NCBI GenBank assembly: GCA_900617105.1
Contig: UYFQ01000539.1
Location: 62,001-126,000 of the forward strand
Reading direction: 5' to 3'
From: Hydrurus foetidus
Lineage: Eukaryota
DNA: 64,000 nt
This document shows, in pieces, positions 29,801 to 42,919 of the stretch; within the stretch, counting starts at the first letter, position 1; each line of letters begins with the position of its first letter. A program made the position numbers and the translations under genes. The notes beneath the pieces are model-generated. The model was not told the DNA's origin. It saw only the letters and a program-made list of their open reading frames with translations, and ran no database searches.

Positions 29801-32800
29801 AAAAGAGTGGCAACAATGATTACCACTCAAAATGTAATCAAAATGAAACAAAACGTGAAATTTTAAAAGATAAAAAAAATTGCAAAAAATTCAATTCTTT
29901 AACAGCATCATCAAAATTGTTAAAAATTATTCGATTATTGTCATTTCATTTTAAACCATTTACCTTTTGTATTTTAAGGGTCAATCCCAGCACAGCCATG
30001 GGATCGAACTCTGGACCCTCCAGATTCCAGACAGCATCTTGATCTTTTTTATTCTCATCCTTTTCTCTTTCTTTGCCTTTTTCTGTTCCTTCTTTTCCGT
30101 CTTGCAAAACTCCATTATTCTCGGTTATTTCCTTTTTCTGATTTAGCTCAACACGTGTATCAGTCTCGGAAATTAAATTGTTCCGTTTTTCAATTTTTGT
30201 TCTGTTGACTTCTTCTTCGGTGTTGGGTTTCAACTTCAACTTCAACTTCAACTTGAAGTTGGGTGAAGATCTCAGACCTCTAATCGCGCAACAAACTAAA
30301 GGAGATGTTCGGCAAAAGTACAGGTATCAGAAATGGAATAAGAAATAAGAACAAAAAAAAACAAATACAAATGTAAAGAATGCGGAAAATTCGAAATTCA
30401 GTATAAATGTAAGAAAAGTATTCTAAATGAACAGAAACGTGAATGATGTGAGAGATACGAAATCCAAGAAAATCAAAAATCTCAGCCAGAAAAATAATCA
30501 AAAAATTACCTGCACTTGCCGCAGCTTTAAAAGTTAATTTAACCGGTTTCCCGCTAATAACGGTAGGCCCGGCCAACTCGATTAATCCCCCGGCATGATC
30601 TACTGTGATTCTTCTTTTTCTTCTTAAATTAATTTTTTCCAGAGATTTTAAAATTTCAATATCTTGTAATTTTTCTTCATCTTTTTTTCGTATTATCATC
30701 TGATATAATTATTTTCAGAATAGAATCGAGTGTGATGAAGATTACTTGTGTTGACATTATACATTATTGATATATACAACAGTATCAAAATATATTGTTA
30801 TCAGCACTTATAACACTAACACAAAAATTAATACATCCGCGTAAATTGTTTACATCTGGCGAAGGAAAAAACAATTAAAAACTGAAATACCATCAAATAA
30901 AAGAAATTCTCACCTTTAGTTCTCTTATTTCCTCTTGCATACGATCAACTTTTTCTTCGCATAAACACAGTTCTTCTTTTACGCCAATCAATAATTCCAA
31001 TTTATCATTTAACAAAGAAATTTCAGCCAAAGTTTTTCGTTCATTTTTTTTCGTATTTTCAAATAATAAATTTTTTTCAATTTCATTTTGAATACTGATT
31101 TTTGAATATTTTAATTCATCAATTTCATAATTTTTATTCACTCCAGTTTTCTTCACATTTTCAGAGTCGTTGTTGAAATATTTCAGTTCAAGTTTTTCAA
31201 GTTTTTCTTGTATAGCGTAACGTTTTGATTTTTCAATATTTATCTCAATTTTCGATAAATTCAATTCGTAATTTTTTTCTACTTCTCTGTCTCTGGAATC
31301 GGACAGTTCTTGAGTCCATCTGAAAAATGGAATAAAACCAAAAAATATAAATAATTCCAAAAAAATAAATGGAATTCGAGATCTGTTAGAATTTTATTTC
31401 AATGAAGTAAGATATTGAATACAATTCAAACTTTTGAGGAATTTAAAAAACTTGAATAATTCGGAATAAATCGAAGACGCGAAGTCTTAACGAATAATGT
31501 TCTTACCTCTCAACACTTCTTAGCAAAGAACATTCTTTGTCCTCCATTGCCATCAAAGCAATGGTGCGCCATTTTTCAATTTTACCCTTGACAACCCTTT
31601 CATCTTCATACATTTAAAATAAATAATAAACGCATTGAGAAAAGATGTGGGAAGAAAGATGACATATAAAACATACAAACATTACATAGTTATTGTATTA
31701 AAAAAAACGAAATCGCTGAACTAAATTGGGAAAGTGCTGTGTAGCATTGATATATGATCTGAAAGATCGGTAAATTGAGATGAGATTTTCAGGAGTCAAA
31801 ACTACGGAAATGAAAAACATTTTACACACAGATTCTAAAAGAAAGAGAGAAGAAAAAAAGAAGAGAGAACTAATTTCTGAAAAGAAGTACGACAAAGATG
31901 AGCACTAGAATAAAATAAAATAAAATCAGAGAAGAAAGATCTTTTTAGTCGTACCAGTTTTGAAATTTTTTTCAGCCTCAGAATTCTGTTCAAACCAAAT
32001 CCGTGCTTTTTCTAAATCACTGTTTCGTTTTTTTAATACGAATATTTCATCTTCTTGTTCTTGAATGACATCAATTAAAGTATTAATTTTCGTTTCCATA
32101 ACTATGAGTTTTTCTTCATCTTTTGTATTTGAAAAATTTCCTTGGAGAGAAATTTCGACATCTTCATTCCATTTGTGAACAAAATGTACCATTCCTTTAA
32201 ATAAAACAGAATTGGAAAAAAATTGAGTTGAGAATAGTGGATGATATCAAACAAAAGAAATTGAAATATGAAATCGTTGAAAGAAAATTTGGAAGATAAA
32301 ACTTTAAAAGTGAAAAATAACAGGTAATTAATCAAAATAAAATAATGATAAGATTCAAGAAAAGAGTATGTACGGAATCTATAACGTACCGATACATTCT
32401 TTGCAGTACTGTACGTACACACTGTGTGTATTGGGAGAATGTAATGACAAACTAATTAATTTATTTTCTCTGTTATTATTACAACTCGAAATTATTTTTA
32501 TATTATTATCTTTCAAATAGCTTCGATAAGTCTTACTCGATTCCCAAGGGCATAATTCTCGTCCTATTTCAGAAAATTAGATGATTGATAAGATTATAAA
32601 TTAAAATTTCTGTTGTACCTACAACAGTCAAGAATTCAGCAATTTTTATACGAAAAAAACAATAATTTAAAATGTTTCTAAGCCTCAAAAAAACATAAAA
32701 AAACAGTGTGGCAACGAAAAAGGGTAAAAATGAAATAGTACAACAGAATCAAAATATAGTCCGAGATTCACCTTCTGTGCAATCAATTAGTCCAGCGTTC

Positions 32801-34303
32801 TGTAAAGTTTCATTAAGTTGTACAGAACTTTGACTAGGACAGTTTTTTGCTTTTTCGATTAATTTGATTACACTCAAAGATGTAATTGCGCTCAAATCGG
32901 ATTCCATCGTAGAGTCTTTCAGGTTCACTGATTTCAGTCAATTTATATTGTTGAGAATTTGTATTAGTGTTGATGTTGATGTTGATGTTGATGTTGATAT
33001 TGTTAGTGTATTGTATTGTATTGTATTGTATTGTATTGTATTGTATTGTATTGTATTGTATTGTATTGTATTGTATTGTATTGTATTGTATTGTATTGTA
33101 TTGTATTGTATTGTATTGTATTGTATTGTATTGTATTGTATTGTATTGTATTGTATTGTATTGTATTGTATTGTATTGTATTGCCTTGTATTATATTGTG
33201 TTGTGTTGTGTTGTGTTGTATTAAATAAACGTCACAACATTATTACCACACAGCGATTTTCTTATAGTATAATCTAATCTATCAAATAATGGAATTAACA
33301 ACTAATTAAATCTCAACTATTTGAGACATATTCTTAGTAGACCAATTGTATTCTTGACGACAAGATGTATAATAAGAAAATTGAATTTAGATCTCTAATA
33401 TCATTAGCATCTGGCTGTAATTCATAATATAAAGCAGCACATACAATCAAATTATAACGTACGTCTTCGTACGATAACATGTAAAGAATGCAGAAAAGAT
33501 AAAAAGAATTGACGATTTATCGCCAGCACATAACAGTGCAGGGTAATTTATTTGAATAAATGTATTTCCATAACAAACATAATAATGGTACTACACTCAA
33601 CCTCTGAGAATCATATAATGTACGAGTGATAGTCACTTTTAATAAAAAGTAATTTCTCGTGGAGTGTGGTACAATTTACTGGTATTAAGTGGTCGGGCAT
33701 TGACGAGATGCTGGGGATGATTCATACCATTACTACTGTTCTGTCCTGTTTTGTTTTGTTGTTCACGTGCCCATACAGTTCACAGCATACATTCGTATTC
33801 GTTCATCAGCATACAGAATAACATTTTCCTCTGTCAAATCAACTACAACTACGGAGCCCCATATAGCAACGAGTATAGCATATAACTTCTTTCTTACGCA
33901 TGCCACTGATGCGTTTTTACAGTAACCACTGAAAAGCACAGAATATCATTCACAGAATTGACTTAGGAAGGAAGAACTTACCCAATGTTCCGATTCGCTC
34001 CAAGTGATATTTGACGCTGATAACATCCTTGTAATAGGATTCTCTCAAAGACTCTACGATAGAACATCTTTCTTGCAGCTGTTTTTTTAATTCTCCGCAC
34101 AGTTGAATCAGTGGAGCGCACTTACTCCATGTTAGGAAAGCTTTCATCAAGTAACTTTTTCTCATAGTAACATAGGGATCTAATGGGTCAGCTTTCTTCA
34201 AGATTTTCTTGAATAGTGCGACGAGCTCAGGAGTAAAAGAGACGATACCGTCGCAGTGCGGAAGAAGATTGCTTTCCATGCTTGTCGACATATCACCAGA
34301 CAT
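24968..34303 (-). CDS. Large coiled-coil, Asn/Lys/Glu-rich protein of unknown function, multi-exon
   Basis: Chain of minus-strand exons with GT-AG edges (about 33982-34303, 32773-32928, 31955-32197, 31508-31610, 30914-31319, 30511-30699, 29964-30277, 28667-29645, 28395-28459, 24968-28290) and heptad-rich sequence. No recognisable enzymatic motif; could be more than one gene. Confidence 0.65.
33008..33222 (+). repeat. (TATTG)n microsatellite preceded by (GTTGAT)n, intronic
   Basis: Directly visible, near-perfect array. Confidence 0.97.
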
Positions 34304-35074
34304 TACTGAACTGCTGGAGATAATTACGAATCAAAATTCTCCAGATACTGCGGATATCGGCAGAATATCTCTCCTAAGTGTTTTAGTAGCTCATCATGCG
34401 GTTAGCCATCATGCTTCTTTAGTCTTCTCGGAAACTTCAATAAGCTGGAAACATTAGATGGTGCACTACGAGCCATATTTTATCAATTCCCAGCAAATTT
34501 TTGACGTCAACGAGATTTTTTTCCGCAGCAGATTTACTGCTTCTACTCAGTCCAAAAGATGTCGAAGACGCCGAGGGCAAATGGACCTCAAGAGATCAAA
34601 AGATGTGAGCATCTGAAAGACTTCAAACTTCCAACCCAACGCAATGGACAGTTTCAGTTTCCCTCCCGGTTTCGGTAATCTCCGGCCGGAGCTTCCGGCT
34701 GAAACTTAGATCACTGGTCATTTTCATTTCCTCTATCAGTTATCAGTTATCAGTCATCTTGGACCTAGTAATGATCTATCTTTCCTTAAACTGTTTTAAA
34801 TGAAACCCTTTCATCAATCTTAGTGGAAATCTGTAATGTTGAATCATTTTGTTAAATTTTTAATTTTAATCTAGTTGTAGAATTCTAAGTTTTAGTAGCA
34901 CAAATGTAGCATATTTTTACCACTTTTGAAAACGAGTGGCCTAATCGGAAAATCGTAAGGCTAATTACTAGCTGCATGACTGAACGAGGTCGACGAGAAC
35001 AACTCCTAAATCATTCTATTGCCCATATTGCAGTTGACTTCGGTGATTTGTAAAGTACTAAATGATACCTGTTA

Positions 35075-35314
35075 GGCCACGATTCACCGTGTCGATAAAT
35101 TTTGACGATAGAATTTGACGATAGAATATTTCACAGTTTTCAATTAATTCTATCGAATTTCGTTTTCGGCAGCCCTTTTTTTCGATAGAAACCGGAATCT
35201 ACCGGTTAAAAAAGGGCTGCCGAAAACGAAATTCGATAGAATTAATTGAAAACCGTGAAATAATCTATCGTTAAATTCTATTGTCAAAATTTATCGACAC
35301 GGTGAATTGTGGCC
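35075..35314. mobile_element. 240-bp palindromic MITE, PIF/Harbinger (Tourist-like)
   Basis: Inverted arms of about 105 bp starting GGCCAC(G/A)ATTCACCGTGTCGATAAATTTTGAC; TTA on both sides (35072-35074 and 35315-35317). Confidence 0.85.
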
Positions 35315-35735
35315 TTATCGGTAATCCTTCTGTTTGCACCATTTTGATGGCGGACAGCGATTCTTGAAAGGATCAGCCGAGCCAACATCTCTATCATGCT
35401 GTCTGTGCGTGGTAGGCATGGGACTGGGATTCGGGACTGGGATCAGTTCGGCCTTGGCACTTGGGACTTGGGGGCACTTGGCAGTTGGCAGGGTCTGTTG
35501 ACGGATCTTCGGTTTGGGTCACACGTACGGCTCTCGTTGTACAGTGGTTGAAGATCGCTCGGTCAAGACTCGCGGAATAAGCTTTGTATTGGCAGTAAAC
35601 ACCTGTTAATTGACTGTGCTTCATCCCTGCTGGAGTCCCCGAGTCCCTTTCAACGCAACAACAGCATTCAATCCTACACTACAGTTGAAGTATTCAGTGA
35701 CGATGCACGGATCCATCCATCGTCGACACGCATGT

Positions 35736-35738
<3 letters not shown>

Positions 35739-35798
<60 letters not shown>
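35739..35798 (+). repeat. (CA)30 microsatellite
   Basis: Directly visible. Confidence 0.97.
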
Positions 35799-35800
<2 letters not shown>

Positions 35801-36232
35801 TCAATCCGCACGTCTGTACGAACGCATAAGTACACAGATTGTGTCCGTGTCATAAACTACGGTACGATGTAATCTCAAACAGGGTCGACCGGTCGACCAG
35901 GCCGACCAGGAGGTTCGGTACCGTACTGGCCGTATATACCGTAAGAAGTCCTGATGTCCTTTTGCGTAAGTAAATCAAATATTGGCCTTTCAGCATCTAT
36001 CTTCAATCTGTAGCGTCATCTGACTTCTCAACAGGTACATTGCATAGCATCACTGCCTCTGAGAAAAGAAGTACAGCAATTGTGGCCAAATTATCAATCA
36101 ATGCTATTTTAAATATATACGAAGAACTCCCTTTTTTCTCGTCGGATCTTGTGATGATTTGTTGACATGCGTGTCCCAACACTTTCGCGCCGTAACCCAA
36201 AAAGCTATCAGCCATCCTCGGTTGTAAGTATC

Positions 36233-37606
36233 ATGAGGTTACTGTTTCCGACTGTCCTTCTCTTGTGGTTTCTTCTGTACACTCTTGCGAGACCAGCACC
36301 TACCGTTAAACTAAGAGGATCACAGCATTATGAGCTTCCACCAACGCTACCTGGTGATAAATCACAGACTCTAATGGGGCTGGAGAATGGACCCAGGAGA
36401 AAGCACTTGGTGCCTTATCATGCTGTTATCGTTGCTGGACATGCTGTTGTTCGACTGAACCAAATGGCAACGGCAGGTAATGCGACAGCAAACTGGACTT
36501 ATAACCAACCAAATCATGCCGAATATTGCATCTAATTGACCCACATTCTGCAGCACTGCCTTCAAAACCTCATCAGTTTTCGCTGTCAATGTTGTAATAG
36601 ATAAGTCTGATGCAGCGTGGTATCTTTTACCGTATCAATTGGAACAAGGATTTCCATCTATAATAACATCGCATATTCGAAAAGGCATTGAAATTGTGAA
36701 AAAAGACGAAAACTCGCTACTTCTATTCAGTGGGGGTCAGACTAGAAGGGACACTGGTAAGTCTTATGTTCTGTTAGTTAGAATCTGTTTAGTACTTCAA
36801 TGATTTCATGAGTCAAATTGTATAGACATCATATTTTTGTCCGAAATGGCTGTAACTGATAATCAATACGCATCGCGACGGAAACGTGCATGGGAATTAC
36901 AGAATTGATAATAAGAAGCTCTCGAAAAGCCGTTGTCTTCGTTAGGGTGATTTGATCGCGGTTATCAAAATTTTCACTATGATGTGATGACAATGACATC
37001 ATGAAGTAGTTTCTAAATCATTAATTGAATTGATTTTTAACACCGTTCCGGCCTACTTCCATCATATTAGGTCCCTTATCAGAGGCAGCTAGTTACTACT
37101 ATTTAGCAGAAGAAAAAAAATGGATGCCAGAAAAAGACAAAAATCGAGTTTTTTTGGAAGAATTTGCTCGAGATTCGTATGAAAATTTACTGTTTTCAAT
37201 CTGTCGTTTTTACGAAATAGCCGGATCCTACCCCACCAAAGTTACCGTAATTGGATTCGATTTTAAAAGCCACCGTTTTACGGATTTGCATCGTGCTGCA
37301 ATAGGATTTCCAGCAGGAAATTTTACGTATATTGGACTAAAACCGAAAAACGAAAAATTTCTTCATTCTCGTGCAGTATCCGGTGAACTAATAGCTGCTA
37401 GTCAATTTCGCAAAGATATGTATGGATGCAGCAATCCTTCATTATTAAATAAAAGAGAAACTAGAAATCCCTTCAAACGCACTATTCCGTATGAATTGTC
37501 ATGTCCTCATTTACGGAAATTATTGCTTTGGTGTGGGCCGGGTTTATTTGATATTGAAAATTTGCCATGGTCAAATAGAACAGAAGAAATAAATGTTTTC
37601 AAATAA
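36233..37606 (+). CDS. DUF218/YdcF-like protein with N-terminal signal peptide or anchor, 3 exons
   Basis: MRLLFPTVLLLWFLLYTLA; AVIVAGHAV, WYLLPYQ, LLLFSGGQTR..GPLSEAASYY, LEEFARDSYENLLFSICRFYE, GFDFKSHRFTDLHRAAIGFP. Confidence 0.82.
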
Positions 37607-38071
37607 TTTAAATAATTAATAATGTGTTATCTTATGCTCTATTTTTTATCACATTATTACACTTTTTGTGTATTACATTTTTGGCATTTTTACCCTGTAC
37701 TTCTGCACTTTAATTCTTACTTGGTAAATGGATTACAAATTTTACCATCATGATTTTCTCATTTTAGACGACGTCTTCTTACTGTATTAGACGATTAGAA
37801 CATATAAACGTCTGCATCTAATAATGAATATAATCAGCTAATTTTTGATATTCAAAAATGAAAATTGTGATTTTCAAAATATCAAGAAAGAGAATGCAAA
37901 TTCTAAAAGAAAGTGCAGAAATTAATGCAAAATGATAGTAGTGAGAATTAATTAAGAATTTATAAATACAGAATTAATTTGCTGCGAAACAAAGTCGGTG
38001 TAGCAATTTCAAAATTAAAAATTTTGCAAAAAGAAATATCAGATATATTCAGATGTTCCAACTTCATCAAT

Positions 38072-41000
38072 TTAAGAATGTATTCTCGCTCTTATTTCAC
38101 CATCTAATGCCGTATAAGGAATGCCATGATTTTCAAAATATTTTTTCAATGCAGGACCAAGTCTGGAAATATTTCCTATACTGTGATTTCCTCTCCCAAC
38201 GATAAACCGTAAAATCATTCTATTTTCATTTCCGTAAAACTGAAATATTGAACTTACGAATTGCAAAGCTTCCCGTACTAACAGTCCGTGTAAATCGAAC
38301 ATTTCAATTATGATTTTTTTTGTATAATTTGCTAATTCTGGATCATCACCATTATTACGGAAATTATTTTGAGCTTTTTGGTTTCCATTAAATAAGTCGC
38401 GTTTTTGTGCAAATCCGTTGAATTCGAGTGTTCCGTCTTTTGTTATTATGACTGTCATATTTTGATTTTTTTCTTCGAGTGCATATTTGGCGGCCATATT
38501 TCCGTACATTAGTAATCTTTGTTTGCAATGTTGTCCTAAAACATAAATAGATAACGTGTGAAAAAGAAAATTGACAAGAAACAAATTGAAAATAAATTGA
38601 CACAAAAATTAAAAGTAAAGGAATGAAATGAAATAAGTGAAGAAATAAAAAGTAAAACTTACGGTTTTCAAAAAGAACTTTTGGAAGATTTTTCTGTGTC
38701 GATTGTGAGAGTAATGATTCCTTCATTTTTGCACTTTCTTTCGAAGCAACTAGACGCCACTGAAGAGATTTAGTTTTCGCTATTCTTAAATTATGTATTC
38801 TTATTTTATTTTCTGCAGTTAAATAAGGATCGAATTCATAATCATTTTTGTAAACATTATTTTCAAAATTACTCTTTGTAGGCATATCATTTTGGATGTT
38901 ATCTTGAATTTCACTAACCAACCAAGGATTAAAATTATCGTCATCATATAATTCAGATTCATTTCTGTGTTCATTTAAAACTGCAGTTTTACGAGACATT
39001 TTGTCTTTATTTTTATTTTTATTTTTATCTTTATTTTCGTGTTTATTACTGTTATTCTCATTACTGTGTATTGGAGGAAAACTGATATTTTCTGTCTCAC
39101 TAATTTGGTGAACTAAAAATTCTTGAATATTAAAATTGGCAATATTCTCATTTTCTTGTTTTTTATTACTTGATTTCATATCATCTTTTCTATCAGGAAA
39201 ATTAGTACCAGGGTATGAATTATTAGTACTGTCAGAATTGTTACTTCCATTCATTGTAGGTGTGCGTAATATTTTCGCATATGAAGAATTATAATCTAAA
39301 TCATTTCTTTGTGACCCATTTAAATGAAGTTTATTGAATTCCATCAAAAAAACATCACATACTTCTTCTGACAATAAAAATTCCACAGTATTATCAACAT
39401 TAAAATCCCACAGACTTAAAGCGTGATTTAAAAAATCATCACTATATTTGGTATCAATATCTCCTAAAACATTTTTCAGCATTTGTACCAAAACTTCTTG
39501 TGTACTTAAATTTTTCAAATTTTCATTCTTTTTGTATGATATTTCATCTAATTTTAGTATTGATTCTATAAGCTCAAAATCAACATTTTCATCGTATTCA
39601 AAATCACAATTATCATTTTCCATTTTATTGTAATTAGATTCGTCATTGTTGTTGCCTATACCATTACTAATATCGATAATTTCATTGAAACCAGTACTGT
39701 TGTTTAGATGCGTCTTCTTGTTATCATTATCTCTATCATTATTACTATTTTCATCATTATCATCGTCATCATTCTTGTCGTTGGTGTCGTCGTCATCCAT
39801 CTGTATCACAACAAATAAATTGCTGCTGGTGTCAGTGTTTTTGATGCCACTATTAGCACTTCTGCTTAAGTTACAGTTATCTTTTTTGACATGTAATTCT
39901 GCACTATACCGATTTTTGTTAACATTATGAAAATATGAATCATTCTTGTAGCTATTCTTTTTGTTAAAATATTTATTCACATTATTGTTGCTTTGTATGT
40001 TCGTATTAGGATTATTGATTTTGTTATTTAATCGGTTATCAATATTCCTGTCTACTTTGATATCGATATTGTTGTTGGAAGAATGACAAGTACGAAGGTC
40101 GCAAATTTTATTTGTGATATCTTCATTCTTGTTATCCTCTTTCTCTTTTTCTTTTTCTTTATCTGTTTCAGTTTTTTTACTGGTAACTGCATTAACATCT
40201 TCATCGTCTATTTTATCATTTTTGACAACTGTTGTTGGTACCTCTCTTCTTGTGTAATAAGTTGTGCCGTTTCTAACCGTAACAATTATCTCGTAATTTA
40301 CCGTATCATTGTTAGTCGTACTTGTATCTTGATTACTCTTGTCATTTTTATTCTCATCATGTCTATTATTATTATTATCATCAATTACGTCATTTATACA
40401 TTTTTTATTGGTAATGTTACTCATATTATTATCATTCTCCTCTTTATAATTATTAATTTTACTTCCATTATTTTTCGTTAAGTCATTCTCAAATTCATCA
40501 TAGAATTGTATGTCCTCATCACCACCGTTCAAATCTTCATCTTTATCCTCAAAATCACATTTATTTTCATTTTCAAAAGTTTCATTCCATTCCATTTCTT
40601 GTTCATCTAGAGATTCCACCGCCATACTGACAGCTCTGTTAGTAATAGTACAAATATCAATATCAGCACTACTTTTATCACCAACTGATTTACTATTATT
40701 CAATAAAGATTCTTGACAACTTTTATTCCAAAATATTTTTAAATCAACGGAGTCAATTAAACCTTCGAAAATGCCCATAAAATTGTTCATTTCATCAATT
40801 GCTATTGAAACGCTTTGATCGCCTATATCATGACGCGGTATTTTATCGTTGTTATGGCTCGTGAAACTGTTCGTACTTATATCAGGAATGTCGAGCTTAT
40901 CTGTTTTTTCACTCATACGGTTGGACTCTATTCGATTGGACTCCATTATTGCTCTGTCTACTTGTTCTCTTTCTTCTTTGAAATCTTTTTCGAAAGAACA

Positions 41001-41886
41001 TTCTGCGACAATATCCACTTCTCCTCTACACTCCTGTGTGATAGTCTTGTGAACAACACCTGCCTTCTCACCAGGAACATCTTTAAGCTGTGCATTTTCC
41101 GATCGGAATTCTGTTGTTCTGCGGTCTTGAGGAACATTCTCGATTGATGGAACATTACTGCTGGCTGCACTGTCAGAACGTTCTTCACTCTGAATATCAT
41201 TCCTGGGCTCATTCAATGTAGCAGAGTGACTATCTTGATTCTCCTTCAGCAAGATCTCATCATCTTTCACATCAGAACTGTTGAGTATTTCCTCGACTGG
41301 CTCAGACGAAGAACATTCTCCATTCTTATCTCCATACTTGTCAGTTTCACTCGCTGAATCATTGATTCCAGGTCTCTCGCTTTTCAAATCATTTGATATC
41401 GCAGTCTCGCCATAGACATCGAGGATTTCAAAGTACCTTTCAATGCATCTTTCCACATTAAATCTTTCACATCGTATTATGTCTTTCAGAACCTCTTCAT
41501 CGACAGTAAGTTGTGCTAGTATGCTGGTCATTTCATTGATAACACTAAGGACTTGCAACTCCTCATTCGTCTCTCTCTCAGCTGCCAAAATAGTTCTCCT
41601 AGCTTCAATTTGGTCCTTTCATAATCGAAAAAGTAGTAATATGATGCAGCAAGGATCAAGGACTTGTTTTGGAGTAGGTTGGAGTTTGATATTAATGACA
41701 ACTTACTGTGATCATAACACTTCTTAAGAGATCTATAGCCCTCTCAGCATCACCATCGCAATCTTTCAGAGCTTCTTGAGCAACAGGTTGGCTGATCTTG
41801 TTATCCAAAGCCTTTAAAATCTGTAGGACTGCCTCAAGGTTCTTGTTATTCTTCTTCTTCACCAATTTGGATGACGTCTTCATCAT
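38072..41886 (-). CDS. Multi-CUE/UBA plus C-terminal Smr endonuclease domain protein (Cue2/NONU-1/N4BP2-like), 3 exons
   Basis: CUE-like units (EALKDCDGDAERAIDLL; DIIRCERFNVERCIERYF; HALSLWDFNVDNTVEFLL) and Smr motifs DLHGLLVREAL and IVGRGNHS..LGPALKKYF. Long Asn-rich linker. Confidence 0.82.
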
Positions 41887-42919
41887 GTTAAGAGTCCGCT
41901 ACAGGGCTTCCCACTTGAGATTTCCTATTGGTGACAGCATGGCTTTCAACTTCCATTGATTGGTCTTCTGTGACCAGCTTTCAGCATGGAGCAGAAAGCA
42001 GAAAGCAGAAAGAGATTCGAGAGATTCTAGTGGCACAGTTGAAGTTTAGTCTGCCATTATCATATGACGTTGCGTGCGTCACCTTTACCGGACATGACGC
42101 ACGTACCGGTTGGCAGTTGGCAGTAATGTCTGTCATCGGTTAAGACACCATCAAAGCACCCCTCGATGATAATATACTGTAACAACTTATATTAAGACAA
42201 ATGTGAGGATTAGATACCGACAGGAATCATAGGACTTCACAACCAATGTTTCAATGGAATTTCGCAGTGCTGTGTCGTTTTAGAGGAATTTTGCTCAAAT
42301 ACTGCTCAAAGTGTCACCCGCAAGTCTACAGGGACCAAAAAGCAAAATGAGCATCTAGATTTCAACCATGCTCATGCTTATATCTATAGTCACAGCGTGA
42401 TGAGTTTAATGTCATCTATCATGTACATCTGACCCTATGCACAGCACACCACAGATTTTCGTCCGTAAATTCGCTGTTCGCGCGCTAGAATTGAGTGTTT
42501 CGGAATTAAAGATCTGACCATTCTTAGCTCAATCTTCATGTTACACTACCCTGCAATGGCAATCATTTGTTTCTCGTTATCTCAACAATGTTGTGACAAC
42601 AAAAACTAAAAGCGATCGCGTAACGTACGACTCCACAACCACCTCGTACGAACACTCAGGGCTCGTAACAGTTTCGCGCGCGACTCTCTCTCTCAAGAGA
42701 GGACTTCCCAGAGGAGACTTTAGTCTTTAGTTAGCTGCGATGTTGAAGTTCAAGAGAAATCTTCACTCTTAGTGTTGACTGCTTCATCAGCAACTGTGTT
42801 CTTCGAATGATCATTGACCTCATTGTCAATCATTGAATCTTGTAGAAGGTGTCGTTTCTCGGAAACAGCAGAAAATACTGGAACCTCTATTAGAGCTTCT
42901 CTTGATTTGAGATTGATAT

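Noticed and set aside
42397..42432. Box C (GTGATGA) and box D (CTGA) pair
   Set aside because: Only about 36 nt long, too short for a snoRNA.
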